Positions 1 through 9,341 of a stretch of DNA of 64,000 nucleotides are shown here, in pieces; position 1 is the first letter of the stretch; each line of letters opens with the position of its first letter. The stretch is taken from the NCBI GenBank assembly GCA_965223855.1, contig CBDCXM010000009.1, positions 320,001 through 384,000 on the forward strand. Direction: 5' to 3'. Source of the stretch: Candidatus Multivoradales bacterium. GTDB lineage: Bacteria; Acidobacteriota; Thermoanaerobaculia; Multivoradales; JAHEKO01. The position numbers and the translations under genes are program-made. Below the pieces are notes generated by a model. That model was not told where the DNA came from, searched no databases, and saw nothing but the letters and a program-made list of their open reading frames with translations.

Positions 1-358
1 TCAGGCGCCAGTCGAGGGCCAAGAGGCTGGCGGCGACGCCGTTCGAGGCGGGGTTGGAGACGCCGACGTGGAGGGTGAACGAGAGTGGCAGCCGGCCGTC
101 GGCGAGGGCCTGCGCGAGCTGCACCAGGTCGCTCGGCCTGAGGTCCTCGAAGCGGCTCAGCCGATCGATCGGCACGCCGGCCAGACGGCCGGCCGAGGTG
201 CCGTCGAGGAAGAAGTCGACGTCGCGCAGGTTGACGATCTGCTGCAGGGCGGTGCATCCCCCGACCGCCAGCGTCAACAGGACGCCTGTAACGAAAGACG
301 CCCGTCTGCGGGAACCGAGTCCCCTGGATGTGGCGACGCGCCTTCGAGTCCGTTTCAT
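1..358 (-). CDS. Lipoprotein, LEA_2/WHy-like; partial, runs off the window start
   Basis: Manual translation (not in the ORF track): MKRTRRRV...VLLTLAVGGC-TALQQIVNLRDVDFFLD...LPLSFTLHVGVSNP. ATG at 358, GGAAAGGA RBS upstream, lipobox-like VGGC. Confidence 0.7.
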   Translation of the reverse strand, partial: MKRTRRRVATSRGLGSRRRASFVTGVLLTLAVGGCTALQQIVNLRDVDFFLDGTSAGRLAGVPIDRLSRFEDLRPSDLVQLAQALADGRLPLSFTLHVGVSNPASNGVAASLLALDWRL

Positions 359-429
359 CGGTCGTCCTTTCCTCGAGCGGTCCGACGCTCCCTCGCGAAC
401 GACCGTGATCCTCTCACCCGAAGGGTCCC

Positions 430-2655
430 TCAACCGACCACCGAAGGTGCGCTCAGCAACGCTTGCTGTCTCTCGACGACGGCGCGTGCCTGGTCGAGCC
501 GGGCCTCGAAGTCCGGATGGTCGCGTACGCCGGCCCAACGCGGGTCTCCCCCGAGCTCGTAGTAGCCGACCCAACCCGACCGCAGCGCGTTGGCCAGCAG
601 CTCCAGAGCGCGGTCGCCGTCGCCCTCGATGGCGTGGAGGCGGGCCAGCGCCGCCAGGTCCGAGGGGCGCCGACCGAGCCCGGCACGGGCGCGGGCCTCG
701 AACTGCGCTCGCAGCTCGACCAGCCTCGCCGAAGCACGCTCGGCCTGCCCGGTCTCCCGCCACGCAAGGGCGAGGAACTGCATCGCCTCGAGCACGGCGA
801 AGTCCTCCCTCAACTCGAAGCGGTCGCGAAGCGCCGGCTCGAGCACCGCGACGCCTTCTTCGAACCGGCCCTGGCGGACGAGGGCCGACCCCTTCATCCA
901 GGAGACGTGCGGGCCGGCGCTACCCGGCCGGTCGCCTTCGAGGGCAAGGACTTCCTCCTCGAGCGCCGCCCACTGGCCGGTCGCCGCAAGGTAGTCGGCG
1001 CGAAGTACGAAGGCGAGTCCCCGGTCGGGCCACGACGACGCGGATCGAGCCTGCTCGTAGCTCGAGGTCGCCGCATCGAAAAGCCCGAGCCTGCCGAAGC
1101 TGTTCGCCGTCACCGCCAGCGCGGAGCTGCGCAGCGGGCCGGGCAGACGCTCCTGCCGGGTGATCTCCTGCACGAGCTCGGCGTGCCGCGACCAGCTCCA
1201 GAGCACCTGCCCCAGATCGAGCAGCGCCGGCTGATCGGGGTTCGGCCACTCCCGCACCTTGCGGAGCAACCCGATCGCTCGCGGCAGCTCACCCCGTTCG
1301 GAGAACTCACGGGCTAGCGCCCGGTTGAGGCCGTAGTGGAAGGGATCGCGCTCGATCGCCGCCTGCCGGACGTCGAACGCCTCCTGCCATCGGCCGGCGG
1401 TATCGAGCGTGGCGGCGAGATAGTGCTGCGCCTCGGTGAGGCTCGGATGCAGCCGTGTGGCCTGCCGGAAATGGTCGATGGCCGTCGCAGCCCCGTCGCT
1501 CGAACGCTGCCGTGTGGCCAGGAGGCCGAGGGTGAGATGAGCTTCGGCTGCACCGGGGTCGAGCGACAGGGCCCGGTCGGCAAACTCGCGCGCTCCGGCG
1601 GTGTCGCCCTCGTGAGCCAGGACCCGGGCTAGACCGGCGTGGGCGTCGGCATAGTCCGGCTCGAGCTCGATCGCCCGGCGGTACGAACGCACCGCCTCGT
1701 CCGCATGTCGCACCAGGCCCAGCCGCGTGTACTCGCGACCGGCCAGATAGCTCTGGAGCGCCTCTACCGACACGACCCGCTCTCCTGATCGGGACTGCTC
1801 GAGAGTGAGGGCGAGCAGCCGGGCGATCGACCGTGCCACCTCACTCCTGACTTCGAGAGTGTCCGCAAGGGCGCGATCGTAGGAATCCCCCCAGATCTGG
1901 CGCCCCTCGGCGTCGAGCAGCCGCGCGGAAACCCGCAGACGTCCGTTCTCGGGATGAACCGTCCCCATCAGCAGGTAGTCGACCGCCAGCCGGGACGCCA
2001 GGTCGGTCGCCTGAGGCGGATCGCCGCCGAACGCGAAGGAGGACGTGCGCGCCATGACGCGCAGCGCCTCGATTCGCGCCAGGAGATCGAGGACGTCCTC
2101 GGAGAAGCCGGTACCGAAGAGGTCGTAGTCGGCGTTGCCACTGACGTTGACGAACGGCAGTACGGCGATCGCCCTGGCGGACGGGGTCGAGGCCGGCGGC
2201 GGTGCGGCCGCCGGATCTCCCTGTTGCCCGAGGTTCCACCAGACGGCCGCCAGGAGCAGGAAGACGAGGACTCCCCCGACGGCCAGCCGGGGTGTGACCG
2301 ACGGTTTCGCCGTCTCGCTGCTCGCGACCGCCCCCTCTTCGACCGGCTCCGGCGCGACGGCGAGCCGGTAGCCGCGCCTGGCGATGGTCTCGATGTAGCG
2401 GGGATTGCGGGCGTCGTCGTCGAGCGCACGGCGCAGCTTGGCGATCGCGCCGTAGACGGGATTGTCCCCCATCGCCCGCCCCTCCCACACGACTTCGATC
2501 AGCTCGTCGGCCGAGAGCACCTCACCGGGACGCTCGGCCAGCGCGAGCAGGACCTCCATCGTCTTCGGCTCCAGCAACTCGTGCCGCTCGTCGCGCGCCA
2601 CGGTGAGGCGGTCGGGATCGACCCGCCAGGGGCCGAGGCGGAACGGCGATCTCAT
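430..2655 (-). CDS. Membrane-anchored transcriptional regulator: OmpR/CadC-type winged helix + TM + TolB-like domain + TPR repeats
   Basis: N-terminal FRLGPWRVDP...LEPKTMEVLLAL...IAKLRRALDDDARNPRYIETIARRGYRL, one TM, IAVLPFVNVS motif, then TPRs. Start moved to the ATG at 2655. Confidence 0.88.
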   Translation of the reverse strand: MRSPFRLGPWRVDPDRLTVARDERHELLEPKTMEVLLALAERPGEVLSADELIEVVWEGRAMGDNPVYGAIAKLRRALDDDARNPRYIETIARRGYRLAVAPEPVEEGAVASSETAKPSVTPRLAVGGVLVFLLLAAVWWNLGQQGDPAAAPPPASTPSARAIAVLPFVNVSGNADYDLFGTGFSEDVLDLLARIEALRVMARTSSFAFGGDPPQATDLASRLAVDYLLMGTVHPENGRLRVSARLLDAEGRQIWGDSYDRALADTLEVRSEVARSIARLLALTLEQSRSGERVVSVEALQSYLAGREYTRLGLVRHADEAVRSYRRAIELEPDYADAHAGLARVLAHEGDTAGAREFADRALSLDPGAAEAHLTLGLLATRQRSSDGAATAIDHFRQATRLHPSLTEAQHYLAATLDTAGRWQEAFDVRQAAIERDPFHYGLNRALAREFSERGELPRAIGLLRKVREWPNPDQPALLDLGQVLWSWSRHAELVQEITRQERLPGPLRSSALAVTANSFGRLGLFDAATSSYEQARSASSWPDRGLAFVLRADYLAATGQWAALEEEVLALEGDRPGSAGPHVSWMKGSALVRQGRFEEGVAVLEPALRDRFELREDFAVLEAMQFLALAWRETGQAERASARLVELRAQFEARARAGLGRRPSDLAALARLHAIEGDGDRALELLANALRSGWVGYYELGGDPRWAGVRDHPDFEARLDQARAVVERQQALLSAPSVVG

Positions 2656-2700
2656 TGCAAAACAGGGAGTTGAGGGCGATGCGTCGAGTGCTGGCGGGAC

Positions 2701-2742
2701 TCTACAGGAAGATTCCAGACACAAACCAGAACTCCGACAGGC
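2701..2742. promoter_or_regulatory. Putative winged-helix operator: four CAG cores at 11-bp spacing
   Basis: CAG begins at 2705, 2716, 2727 and 2738 in the divergent gap between the regulator and the amidohydrolase. Confidence 0.5.
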
Positions 2743-2802
2743 TTCTCGTGGTGCCGGCGGCGAGAGTGGTGCGGTCCCGAACCACCACCAGAGGAGAACG
2801 CC

Positions 2803-4620
2803 ATGACCAGAGGTTTCCAGCCCCGCTCGCTCGCCGTCGCCTTCGCGCTCGGCGCCCTTCTACTCCCCTCGCCGCCGGCCGGTGCCGACCCCGATCGGCT
2901 CGAGTCCGATGGCGCGACCCTCGTCGTCTGCGAAGAGCTGCCGCTGCCCACTTCCGGGAGGGTGTGCGATGCCAATCCCGGCCCGGGTGCCGGGATCGTC
3001 GTGCGCGGCAACGTCCTCGACATCGACACCCTCTACGAAGGTGGAGAGGTGCTGGTGGACGGCACCGGCTTCATCCTCCACGTCGGCTGCCGCGAAGACC
3101 GCCCCTCCTACCTCGACGGCGTCGCCGCCGGCTCGACCGAGCTGGTCTGCCGCGACGGTGCCGTCTCTCCCGGGCGCATCAACCCGCATACCCACACCAC
3201 CTTCGACTCCAACTTCCCCGTCACCCTCGAGGAGCGATTCGATCACCGCAACGACTGGCGCCCGTTCTATTCGTGGGACGCCGGGCACAGCCTCCAGGCC
3301 GGCTACGCCGAGCTGCGCCACGTGATGGCCGGTACCACTGCGACCGCTTCGGGTTCGTACATCCCCGGTCTCGCCCTCAACCTCGAGGTGTTCAATACTC
3401 AGTGGGACACCTTCCCGCTCGAGGCGCCGCTCGACTTCATCAAGAACGACGCTGCGTGCGCGGACTTTCCCGAGTACGGCGACTTCCCCGGCAAGGTCGT
3501 CGGCAGTGAGTACCTGCCGCATCTCTCGGAAGGGATCGATGCCGCCGCGCAGAACGAGTTCGCCTGTCTCGAGCCGTTCATGGACGACTCCTGGACGCTG
3601 CTCCACGGCGTCGGCACCGACGCCGCCGACGGCCGTTCGATGGCAGAGAAGGGCGTCGGTCTCGTCTGGTCGCCGCGCGGCAACGCCCACCACTACGGCA
3701 ACACCGCACCGGTGCGCACCCTCGCCGACCAGGGGGTACTCCTCTCGCTCGGCAGCGACTGGACGCCGACTGGGTCCTCCACTCTCGCGCGCGAGCTCGC
3801 CTGCGCCGCCGAGTGGAACGAGAGCTATCTCGATCGCCGCTTCAGCGACCGCGAGCTGTGGCTGATGTCGACCTACAACGCCGCGCTGTCGCTCGGTGTC
3901 GACGAGCAGATGGGGCGTCTGGCGCCCGGCCTGCTGGCGAACCTGGTCGTCTACGACGGCAGTGGCCGGCTCGACCCCTACGGTGTCGCCGTCGACGGCG
4001 GCCCGGAGGAGATCGCCTTCGTCCTGCAGGGGGACGTCATCCCGCTCTCCTTCGGCCAGCCGCCCAAGGCCTCCGCCCTCTACGGCGACCTCGAGCTGAT
4101 GACCGCAATGGCCGGCTCTCCGGTCGTCGCCGGCTGCGAGGTCTACCGTGAGCCGTGGGCAGGTTCGTTCGATGTCTGCGGCATCGACAAGTTCGTCTGC
4201 ACCGATCGTCCTGAGACCCGCTCAGCGGCCGGCCCGTTCGCCCAGTTCTGGCTGCTGTCGGCGACGATCCACGACGCCGGCTACCAGTCGGTCTTCGGGC
4301 CGAGTTATCCGCTGTTCTCGTGCGGCGCCCCGGTCGACGAGCCGCCGTGCACCCCCGCTCGTTTCGGCGAGTACGACGGCATCCCGGTCGGCGGCCCCGC
4401 TTCGACGGCCGACTACGACGGCGACGGCGTCGTCGACAACGCGGACAACTGCCGCAAGGTCTTCAACCCGATCCGCCCGATGGACGGCGGCGTCCAGGCC
4501 GACGCCGACGGCGACGGGCGCGGCGACGCATGCGACAAATGCCCGCTCGATGCCGGCGCGCTCTGCACCGCGATCGACCCCTACACGGGTGCGACGGTGC
4601 TGATCACGGACGGCGACTGA
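2803..4620 (+). CDS. Secreted amidohydrolase-superfamily metalloenzyme with C-terminal thrombospondin type-3-like Ca-binding repeats
   Basis: Signal peptide; metal motifs INPHTH, HLSEG, LLHG, LGSDW; DYDGDGVVDNADNC and DADGDGRGDACDKC; AGAGGAG RBS. Confidence 0.85.
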   Translation: MTRGFQPRSLAVAFALGALLLPSPPAGADPDRLESDGATLVVCEELPLPTSGRVCDANPGPGAGIVVRGNVLDIDTLYEGGEVLVDGTGFILHVGCREDRPSYLDGVAAGSTELVCRDGAVSPGRINPHTHTTFDSNFPVTLEERFDHRNDWRPFYSWDAGHSLQAGYAELRHVMAGTTATASGSYIPGLALNLEVFNTQWDTFPLEAPLDFIKNDAACADFPEYGDFPGKVVGSEYLPHLSEGIDAAAQNEFACLEPFMDDSWTLLHGVGTDAADGRSMAEKGVGLVWSPRGNAHHYGNTAPVRTLADQGVLLSLGSDWTPTGSSTLARELACAAEWNESYLDRRFSDRELWLMSTYNAALSLGVDEQMGRLAPGLLANLVVYDGSGRLDPYGVAVDGGPEEIAFVLQGDVIPLSFGQPPKASALYGDLELMTAMAGSPVVAGCEVYREPWAGSFDVCGIDKFVCTDRPETRSAAGPFAQFWLLSATIHDAGYQSVFGPSYPLFSCGAPVDEPPCTPARFGEYDGIPVGGPASTADYDGDGVVDNADNCRKVFNPIRPMDGGVQADADGDGRGDACDKCPLDAGALCTAIDPYTGATVLITDGD

Positions 4621-4640
4621 GACCCGGTCGGTCCCGGTTG

Positions 4641-6347
4641 CTACGGCGCGGGGTAGAGCGTCGGCGCCCCGGGACCGACCGGCAGGCCGAGCCCGAAGAC
4701 CCAGATGTAGAAGAGGATCATCCAGCCGATGAGGAAGGTCACCGAGTACGGCAGCATGGTGGCGATCATGGTGCCGATTCCGAGATCACGCCGGTACTTG
4801 ACCGCCATCGCCAGGATGAGACCGAAGTAGCTCATCATCGGGGTGATGATGTTGGTGGTCGAGTCGCCGATCCGGTAGGCGGCCTGGATCACCTCCGGGC
4901 TGTAGCCGATCGACATCAGCATCGGCACGAAGATCGGCGCCGTCACCGCCCACTGGGCGCTCGCGGAGCCGAGCATCAGGTTGACGAACCCGCACATCAG
5001 GATGAACGGGGCGAAGACCATCGGGTTGTCGAGTCGCATCGCCACCAGGGCGTCGGCGCCGAGCACCGCCAGGATGCGGCCGAGGCCCGAGTAGGCGAAG
5101 AACGACACGAACTGGGCGGCGAAGAACACCAGCACGATGTAAAGGCCCATGCTGCGCATCGCGCCGGCCATCGCGTGGATGACGTCGCGATCGTTCTTCA
5201 TCGAGCCGACGATGCGGCCGTAGACGAAGCCGGGGACGACGAAGAAGATCAGGATGAAGGAGACGACGCTGCGCAGGAGAGGCCGGAAGGCTTCGGGGCC
5301 GGCGGCGGTCGGGTCGGGGTTGCGCATCATGCCGAAGCCGGGGATCCAGTCGAGGAAGCTGAGGATCGCGGGGCCGGCGAGGATCACGATCCCGAACGCC
5401 ACCATCAGCGCGCTCAGGCCGGCGTAGCGCAGCGCCTTACGCTCGACGGCGGTGACCTCCTCCATCTCCGTGCGCTCTTCCAGGTCCTCGGAAGCCTCGC
5501 TCTCGTCGTACTCGCCCAGCCGTGGCTCGACGATCTTGGCCGTCACGTACCAGCCGATCGCCGTGATGACGAAGGTGCTCGCGATCATGAAATACCAGTT
5601 GACGGCCGGGTGGACCTCGTAGACAGGGTCGATCAGACGCGCCGCCTCCTCGGTGATGCCGGAGAGCAGTGGGTCGACGGTGCCGATCAGCAGGTTGGCG
5701 GAGTACCCACCGGAGACGCCGGCGAACGCCGCCGCCATGCCGGCCAGCGGATGCCTCCCAAGCGAGTGGAAGATCGCCATCGCCAGCGGGATCAGGACGA
5801 CGTACCCCATCTCGCTCGCCGTGTTGCTGACGATGCCGGCGAAGACGATCACCAGCGTGACGAGGTTCTTCGGCGCGCCCAGCACCAGCGCGCGGACGGC
5901 GGTCGTCAGCAGGCCGGAGCGCTCGGCGACCCCCACACCGAGGATCGCCACCAGCACCGTGCCGAGCGGCACGAAGCCGGTGAAGTTGGTCACCAGGTGC
6001 TGGAAGATCCAGCGGATGCCGTCGGCGGTCAAGAGACTGCTGACGGCGAAAATCTCACCCTCGTGACCGGGACGGGGGTCGTCGACCTGGAGGCCGAGCG
6101 CGGAAGTGATCGCCGAGAAGACGACGACGCCGAGCGCGAAGAGCGCAAACAGCGTGACCGGGTGAGGCAGCAGGTTGCCGAGCCATTCGACCGCGCCCAG
6201 CAGCCGGCCGACCCATCCGCTCGTCTCCTCCGGACGAGCGGACTTCTCGCCCGGTTTCTCCGCTTTCGGCGCGTCGTCGGAGGGCTCCGGTGCGGTCTCT
6301 CGTGTTTCCTCGGGCGTGTCCTTCGACTCAGGCGGTTCGGCGCTCAT
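4641..6347 (-). CDS. AbgT family transporter
   Basis: GNLLPHPVTLF, GRHPLAG, GGYSANLL, SASAQW, YRIGDSTTNIITP motifs; many TMs. Start at 6347 inferred. Confidence 0.92.
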   Translation of the reverse strand: MSAEPPESKDTPEETRETAPEPSDDAPKAEKPGEKSARPEETSGWVGRLLGAVEWLGNLLPHPVTLFALFALGVVVFSAITSALGLQVDDPRPGHEGEIFAVSSLLTADGIRWIFQHLVTNFTGFVPLGTVLVAILGVGVAERSGLLTTAVRALVLGAPKNLVTLVIVFAGIVSNTASEMGYVVLIPLAMAIFHSLGRHPLAGMAAAFAGVSGGYSANLLIGTVDPLLSGITEEAARLIDPVYEVHPAVNWYFMIASTFVITAIGWYVTAKIVEPRLGEYDESEASEDLEERTEMEEVTAVERKALRYAGLSALMVAFGIVILAGPAILSFLDWIPGFGMMRNPDPTAAGPEAFRPLLRSVVSFILIFFVVPGFVYGRIVGSMKNDRDVIHAMAGAMRSMGLYIVLVFFAAQFVSFFAYSGLGRILAVLGADALVAMRLDNPMVFAPFILMCGFVNLMLGSASAQWAVTAPIFVPMLMSIGYSPEVIQAAYRIGDSTTNIITPMMSYFGLILAMAVKYRRDLGIGTMIATMLPYSVTFLIGWMILFYIWVFGLGLPVGPGAPTLYPAP

Positions 6348-6446
6348 CGCGCGATGATGCCACGGACGGTGCCGACGGCTCTGCCGCAACGCGGCGTCTC
6401 GCAGCGCCGCGGCGCCGCCGGCACGAAGCCACCAGGTTATCGAGCC

Positions 6447-7922
6447 TCAGTCTGCCGGAACCTCGAAGGTGATCGGTGCGTCCGGGCAGGGCTGCGCGGC
6501 CCCGTCGACCGCGCCGGTGACGAGGAACTCCTCCACAAGAGACCTCGCACACCCGAAGCCCGCCCCGTGGCTGGCGTCTCGAACGACGAGGTGGCGGCTG
6601 TTCGGCAGGGCTCCGCGCACGGACTCGGCCGCGGAGGCCGGCGTGGAGGGGTCGTAGGCGCCGGAGACGAGCAGCGCGGGCACCTCGGATCGGAAGTCGC
6701 GGTACCAAGACTCGGGCTGCGGCTCGACGTCCCAGATCTCGCAGGCGGCGGAGTACTCGTCGATCAGATAGGAGCCGAGGAAGGTGTCGCCTTCCCCAGG
6801 GCCCTCCTCGATCCGGGGCACGTCCTCGGTGCAGTAGGACGAGAGGTGCACGCCGACGTTGAGCACCCGGAGGATCGCCGTCGTGCGGTCGTAGTGATTC
6901 TGCGCGAAGTAGGAGAGATCACCGCTCGCGGCGGCCGCGGTGATCTCTCGTGGGAGCTCGGGGATGCGGCGGGTGTTGTAGAGGAGGCCACGTAATGCGT
7001 AGCCGAAATCGCCCCGGTGGACGTCGACCGCAACGGTTCGACTCTCCGCTTCGTCGTCTCCTCCCAGAGCGATCGTCGTACCCACCGGACCCTGATCCAG
7101 CCGAGCGAGAATGCGGTCGAGCTTCCCTTCGAGATCCGGGTAGGCGGCGGCGCAGGCCGGCTGGGCGTTGCAGTCGGTGACGACGCGCTGCCAGGCGGCC
7201 TCGGCATGGCCGGCGAACGGTGCCGGCATGCGGTAGTCGATCGGGGTGATGCCGTCGAGCGCGACCGCCGAGACACGCTCGGGGTACTCGCGCACGAAGG
7301 CGAGAGCCGTGCGGGCGCCGCCCGAACCTCCCCACAGGACGACCTTCGGGTAGCCGAGCGCATCCAGCACGGCGGCGACGTCGTGAACGTAGGCGCGAGT
7401 GTTGAAGTGCGAGAGATCGCGCCCCGAGTGAGTCTCGCGGCAACGGCCGATCGCCTCGCGGTTCCACAAGGCGCCGAAGACGAGTGAAGGGTCGGAACCG
7501 AGCGACTCGAGGCAGTCGATCGGCGCCTCGTCGTCGGCGCCGCGAAGGCCAACGAAGATCGCCGGGCGGTGTTCGAGGACCCGTGCGTAGACGTCGGTCG
7601 CGAGCGGGCGCAGATCGAAGGCGCTCTGGCCGGGCCCACCCGGCAGGAAGACGACCGGAGCGCCCTCCCGCCCGGCCTCCAGACGGAGGACGGGCAGACT
7701 CAGCGTGCCCGCCGAGCCGCCGGAGCGATCCAGCGCGACCGCAACTGAGCCGCAGTCGGCATTCGGCAGCGGCGCGGTGCACTCGTGAGCCTCGAAGCTC
7801 GACTCTGCGGGCAGTGCGGCGGGCACCGACCAGACGACTGCGAGAGCGAGGAACGAGACCGCCCGTCTCCAGGCGCGCGGCATGCGGTCAGGGATGTCTT
7901 TTCTCATGATCTCCAGCTCCAT
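6447..7922 (-). CDS. Secreted alpha/beta hydrolase (TAP-like peptidase family)
   Basis: LPGGPG oxyanion motif, WGGSGG nucleophile, GAYDPSTP Asp, ASHG His, signal peptide. Exact start uncertain. Confidence 0.85.
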   Translation of the reverse strand: MELEIMRKDIPDRMPRAWRRAVSFLALAVVWSVPAALPAESSFEAHECTAPLPNADCGSVAVALDRSGGSAGTLSLPVLRLEAGREGAPVVFLPGGPGQSAFDLRPLATDVYARVLEHRPAIFVGLRGADDEAPIDCLESLGSDPSLVFGALWNREAIGRCRETHSGRDLSHFNTRAYVHDVAAVLDALGYPKVVLWGGSGGARTALAFVREYPERVSAVALDGITPIDYRMPAPFAGHAEAAWQRVVTDCNAQPACAAAYPDLEGKLDRILARLDQGPVGTTIALGGDDEAESRTVAVDVHRGDFGYALRGLLYNTRRIPELPREITAAAASGDLSYFAQNHYDRTTAILRVLNVGVHLSSYCTEDVPRIEEGPGEGDTFLGSYLIDEYSAACEIWDVEPQPESWYRDFRSEVPALLVSGAYDPSTPASAAESVRGALPNSRHLVVRDASHGAGFGCARSLVEEFLVTGAVDGAAQPCPDAPITFEVPAD

Positions 7923-8043
7923 CTCCCGGCTGCGGCGTCTCCCGCGCCGACAACTCGGCCATTCTCCTTCAGACAGCGCCGATCACCGTCTCGCTAGCCT
8001 TCGACGGTTTCCTTCCGACCGCCGCTCCCGTTACCCTCGACCG

Positions 8044-8652
8044 ATGACGAGAACCGCTCCCGCCCTGCTCGCTGCCGTCGCTCTGGCCTGCCCCGTCGTC
8101 GCGCAGGAGGACGAAGAGTTCCTCGACTTCAGCGACCAGATGACGCCGATCTGCGAGCTGCTCGGGCTCGAGGTGAAGCCACCGCCGGGCTGGTTCAACG
8201 TCCCCATCGAGGAGGACCGCGACGATTTCGCCGGCTGTCAGATGATGCTCACCGGCGAGCAGGAGGAGCTCGTCGGCATGATGCGCCTGATGTCTTTGCG
8301 ATTCCCCGCCGACACGCCCGAGGAGACGTGGTTCCCGGCGATCCTCGACATGGAGATCTCGTGGCTGGCCGAGATGGGGATCACCCTCGAGGAGATGCTC
8401 TTCTCCCGCAACGACGTGCCGATCGCCGGCGACGGTTTCGCTCCCGGGAAGGGTGTCGGGTTGCGCGCCTCGATCGAGGGCAACGACATTCCGCAGGAGG
8501 TCCACTTCCTCGGCTTCGGCAAGCCGGACGAGAAGTACCTGCTCAGCCTCTCGACCCCCGGCCGCGACGTCGAAGAGGGCGTCTACTACCAGCGCAATAC
8601 CGCCGACTTCGGCGTCCTGCTCCGCTCGTTCCAGCCGCTCACGGAAGAGTAG
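8044..8652 (+). CDS. Secreted hypothetical protein
   Basis: MTRTAPALLAAVALACPVVAQ signal peptide, acidic globular body, typical high-GC3 codon usage. Confidence 0.75.
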   Translation: MTRTAPALLAAVALACPVVAQEDEEFLDFSDQMTPICELLGLEVKPPPGWFNVPIEEDRDDFAGCQMMLTGEQEELVGMMRLMSLRFPADTPEETWFPAILDMEISWLAEMGITLEEMLFSRNDVPIAGDGFAPGKGVGLRASIEGNDIPQEVHFLGFGKPDEKYLLSLSTPGRDVEEGVYYQRNTADFGVLLRSFQPLTEE

Positions 8653-8708
8653 CCGGCCGATTGTCTGCCGGCGGGGCGCTTGCCGGCCGGTCGTCTAGCT
8701 GTGGGCGC

Positions 8709-9263
8709 TCAGCGGACTTCCTGCCGCAGCCAGTGACGGGCCGACTGCCAGTCGCGCTCGACCGTCCGCACCGAGGCGCCCACCGCTTCAGCGGTCTCCG
8801 CGGTCGAGAGGCCGGCGAAGTAGCGGCACTCGAACACCCTGGCGCGGCGTGGATTCTCCCTGCCGAGACGATCGAGAGCGCGGTCCAGGGTCAGGAGCGT
8901 CTCCGCTTCCCGTTCGACGCCGAAACGCTCGGGTTCGAAGGTCACCGGGCGAACGCCGCCGCCTCTCTTGTCCCGCATGCGCTTGCGCGCGTGGTCGACG
9001 AGCACCTGTCGCATCGCGCGCGCCGCCAGGTTGAGGAAGTGCGCCCGATCCTCGCCCAGGACACCTGCCCCCGACGCCAGCTTGAGGTAGACCTCGTGAA
9101 CCAGGCCGGTGGTGTTGAGGGTCTGGTTGCGGGAGCCGAGGCGTCTCAGTCGGGCGAGCCGCTTCAACTCGTCGTAGACGAGCGTGAAGATCCGCGACAG
9201 CGCGTCTTCATCTCCACGCGCATGCCGTTCGAGAAGGCCTGCAAGTTCGTCTGTCTGGTCCAA
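8709..9263 (-). CDS. ECF sigma factor, TIGR02999/ECF43-like (kinase-associated)
   Basis: LVYDELKRLA, TLNTTGLVHEVYLKL, ARAMRQVLVDHAR...KRGG, RYFAGLS, RTVERDW. Confidence 0.92.
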   Translation of the reverse strand: MDQTDELAGLLERHARGDEDALSRIFTLVYDELKRLARLRRLGSRNQTLNTTGLVHEVYLKLASGAGVLGEDRAHFLNLAARAMRQVLVDHARKRMRDKRGGGVRPVTFEPERFGVEREAETLLTLDRALDRLGRENPRRARVFECRYFAGLSTAETAEAVGASVRTVERDWQSARHWLRQEVR

Positions 9264-9341
9264 CCCGGTGATTCTAGCGGTGCCGTTCAGGCTAGACTGC
9301 CGCTGAATCCACCACCGGTAGAGATCAAGGATCCGCCAGCG

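Noticed and set aside
8328-9341. N-terminal extensions given by the ORF track (also 18289, 27509, 40949, 42274, 48993, 63866)
   Set aside because: They overlap neighbouring real genes; downstream starts with an RBS or stop-start coupling fit better.
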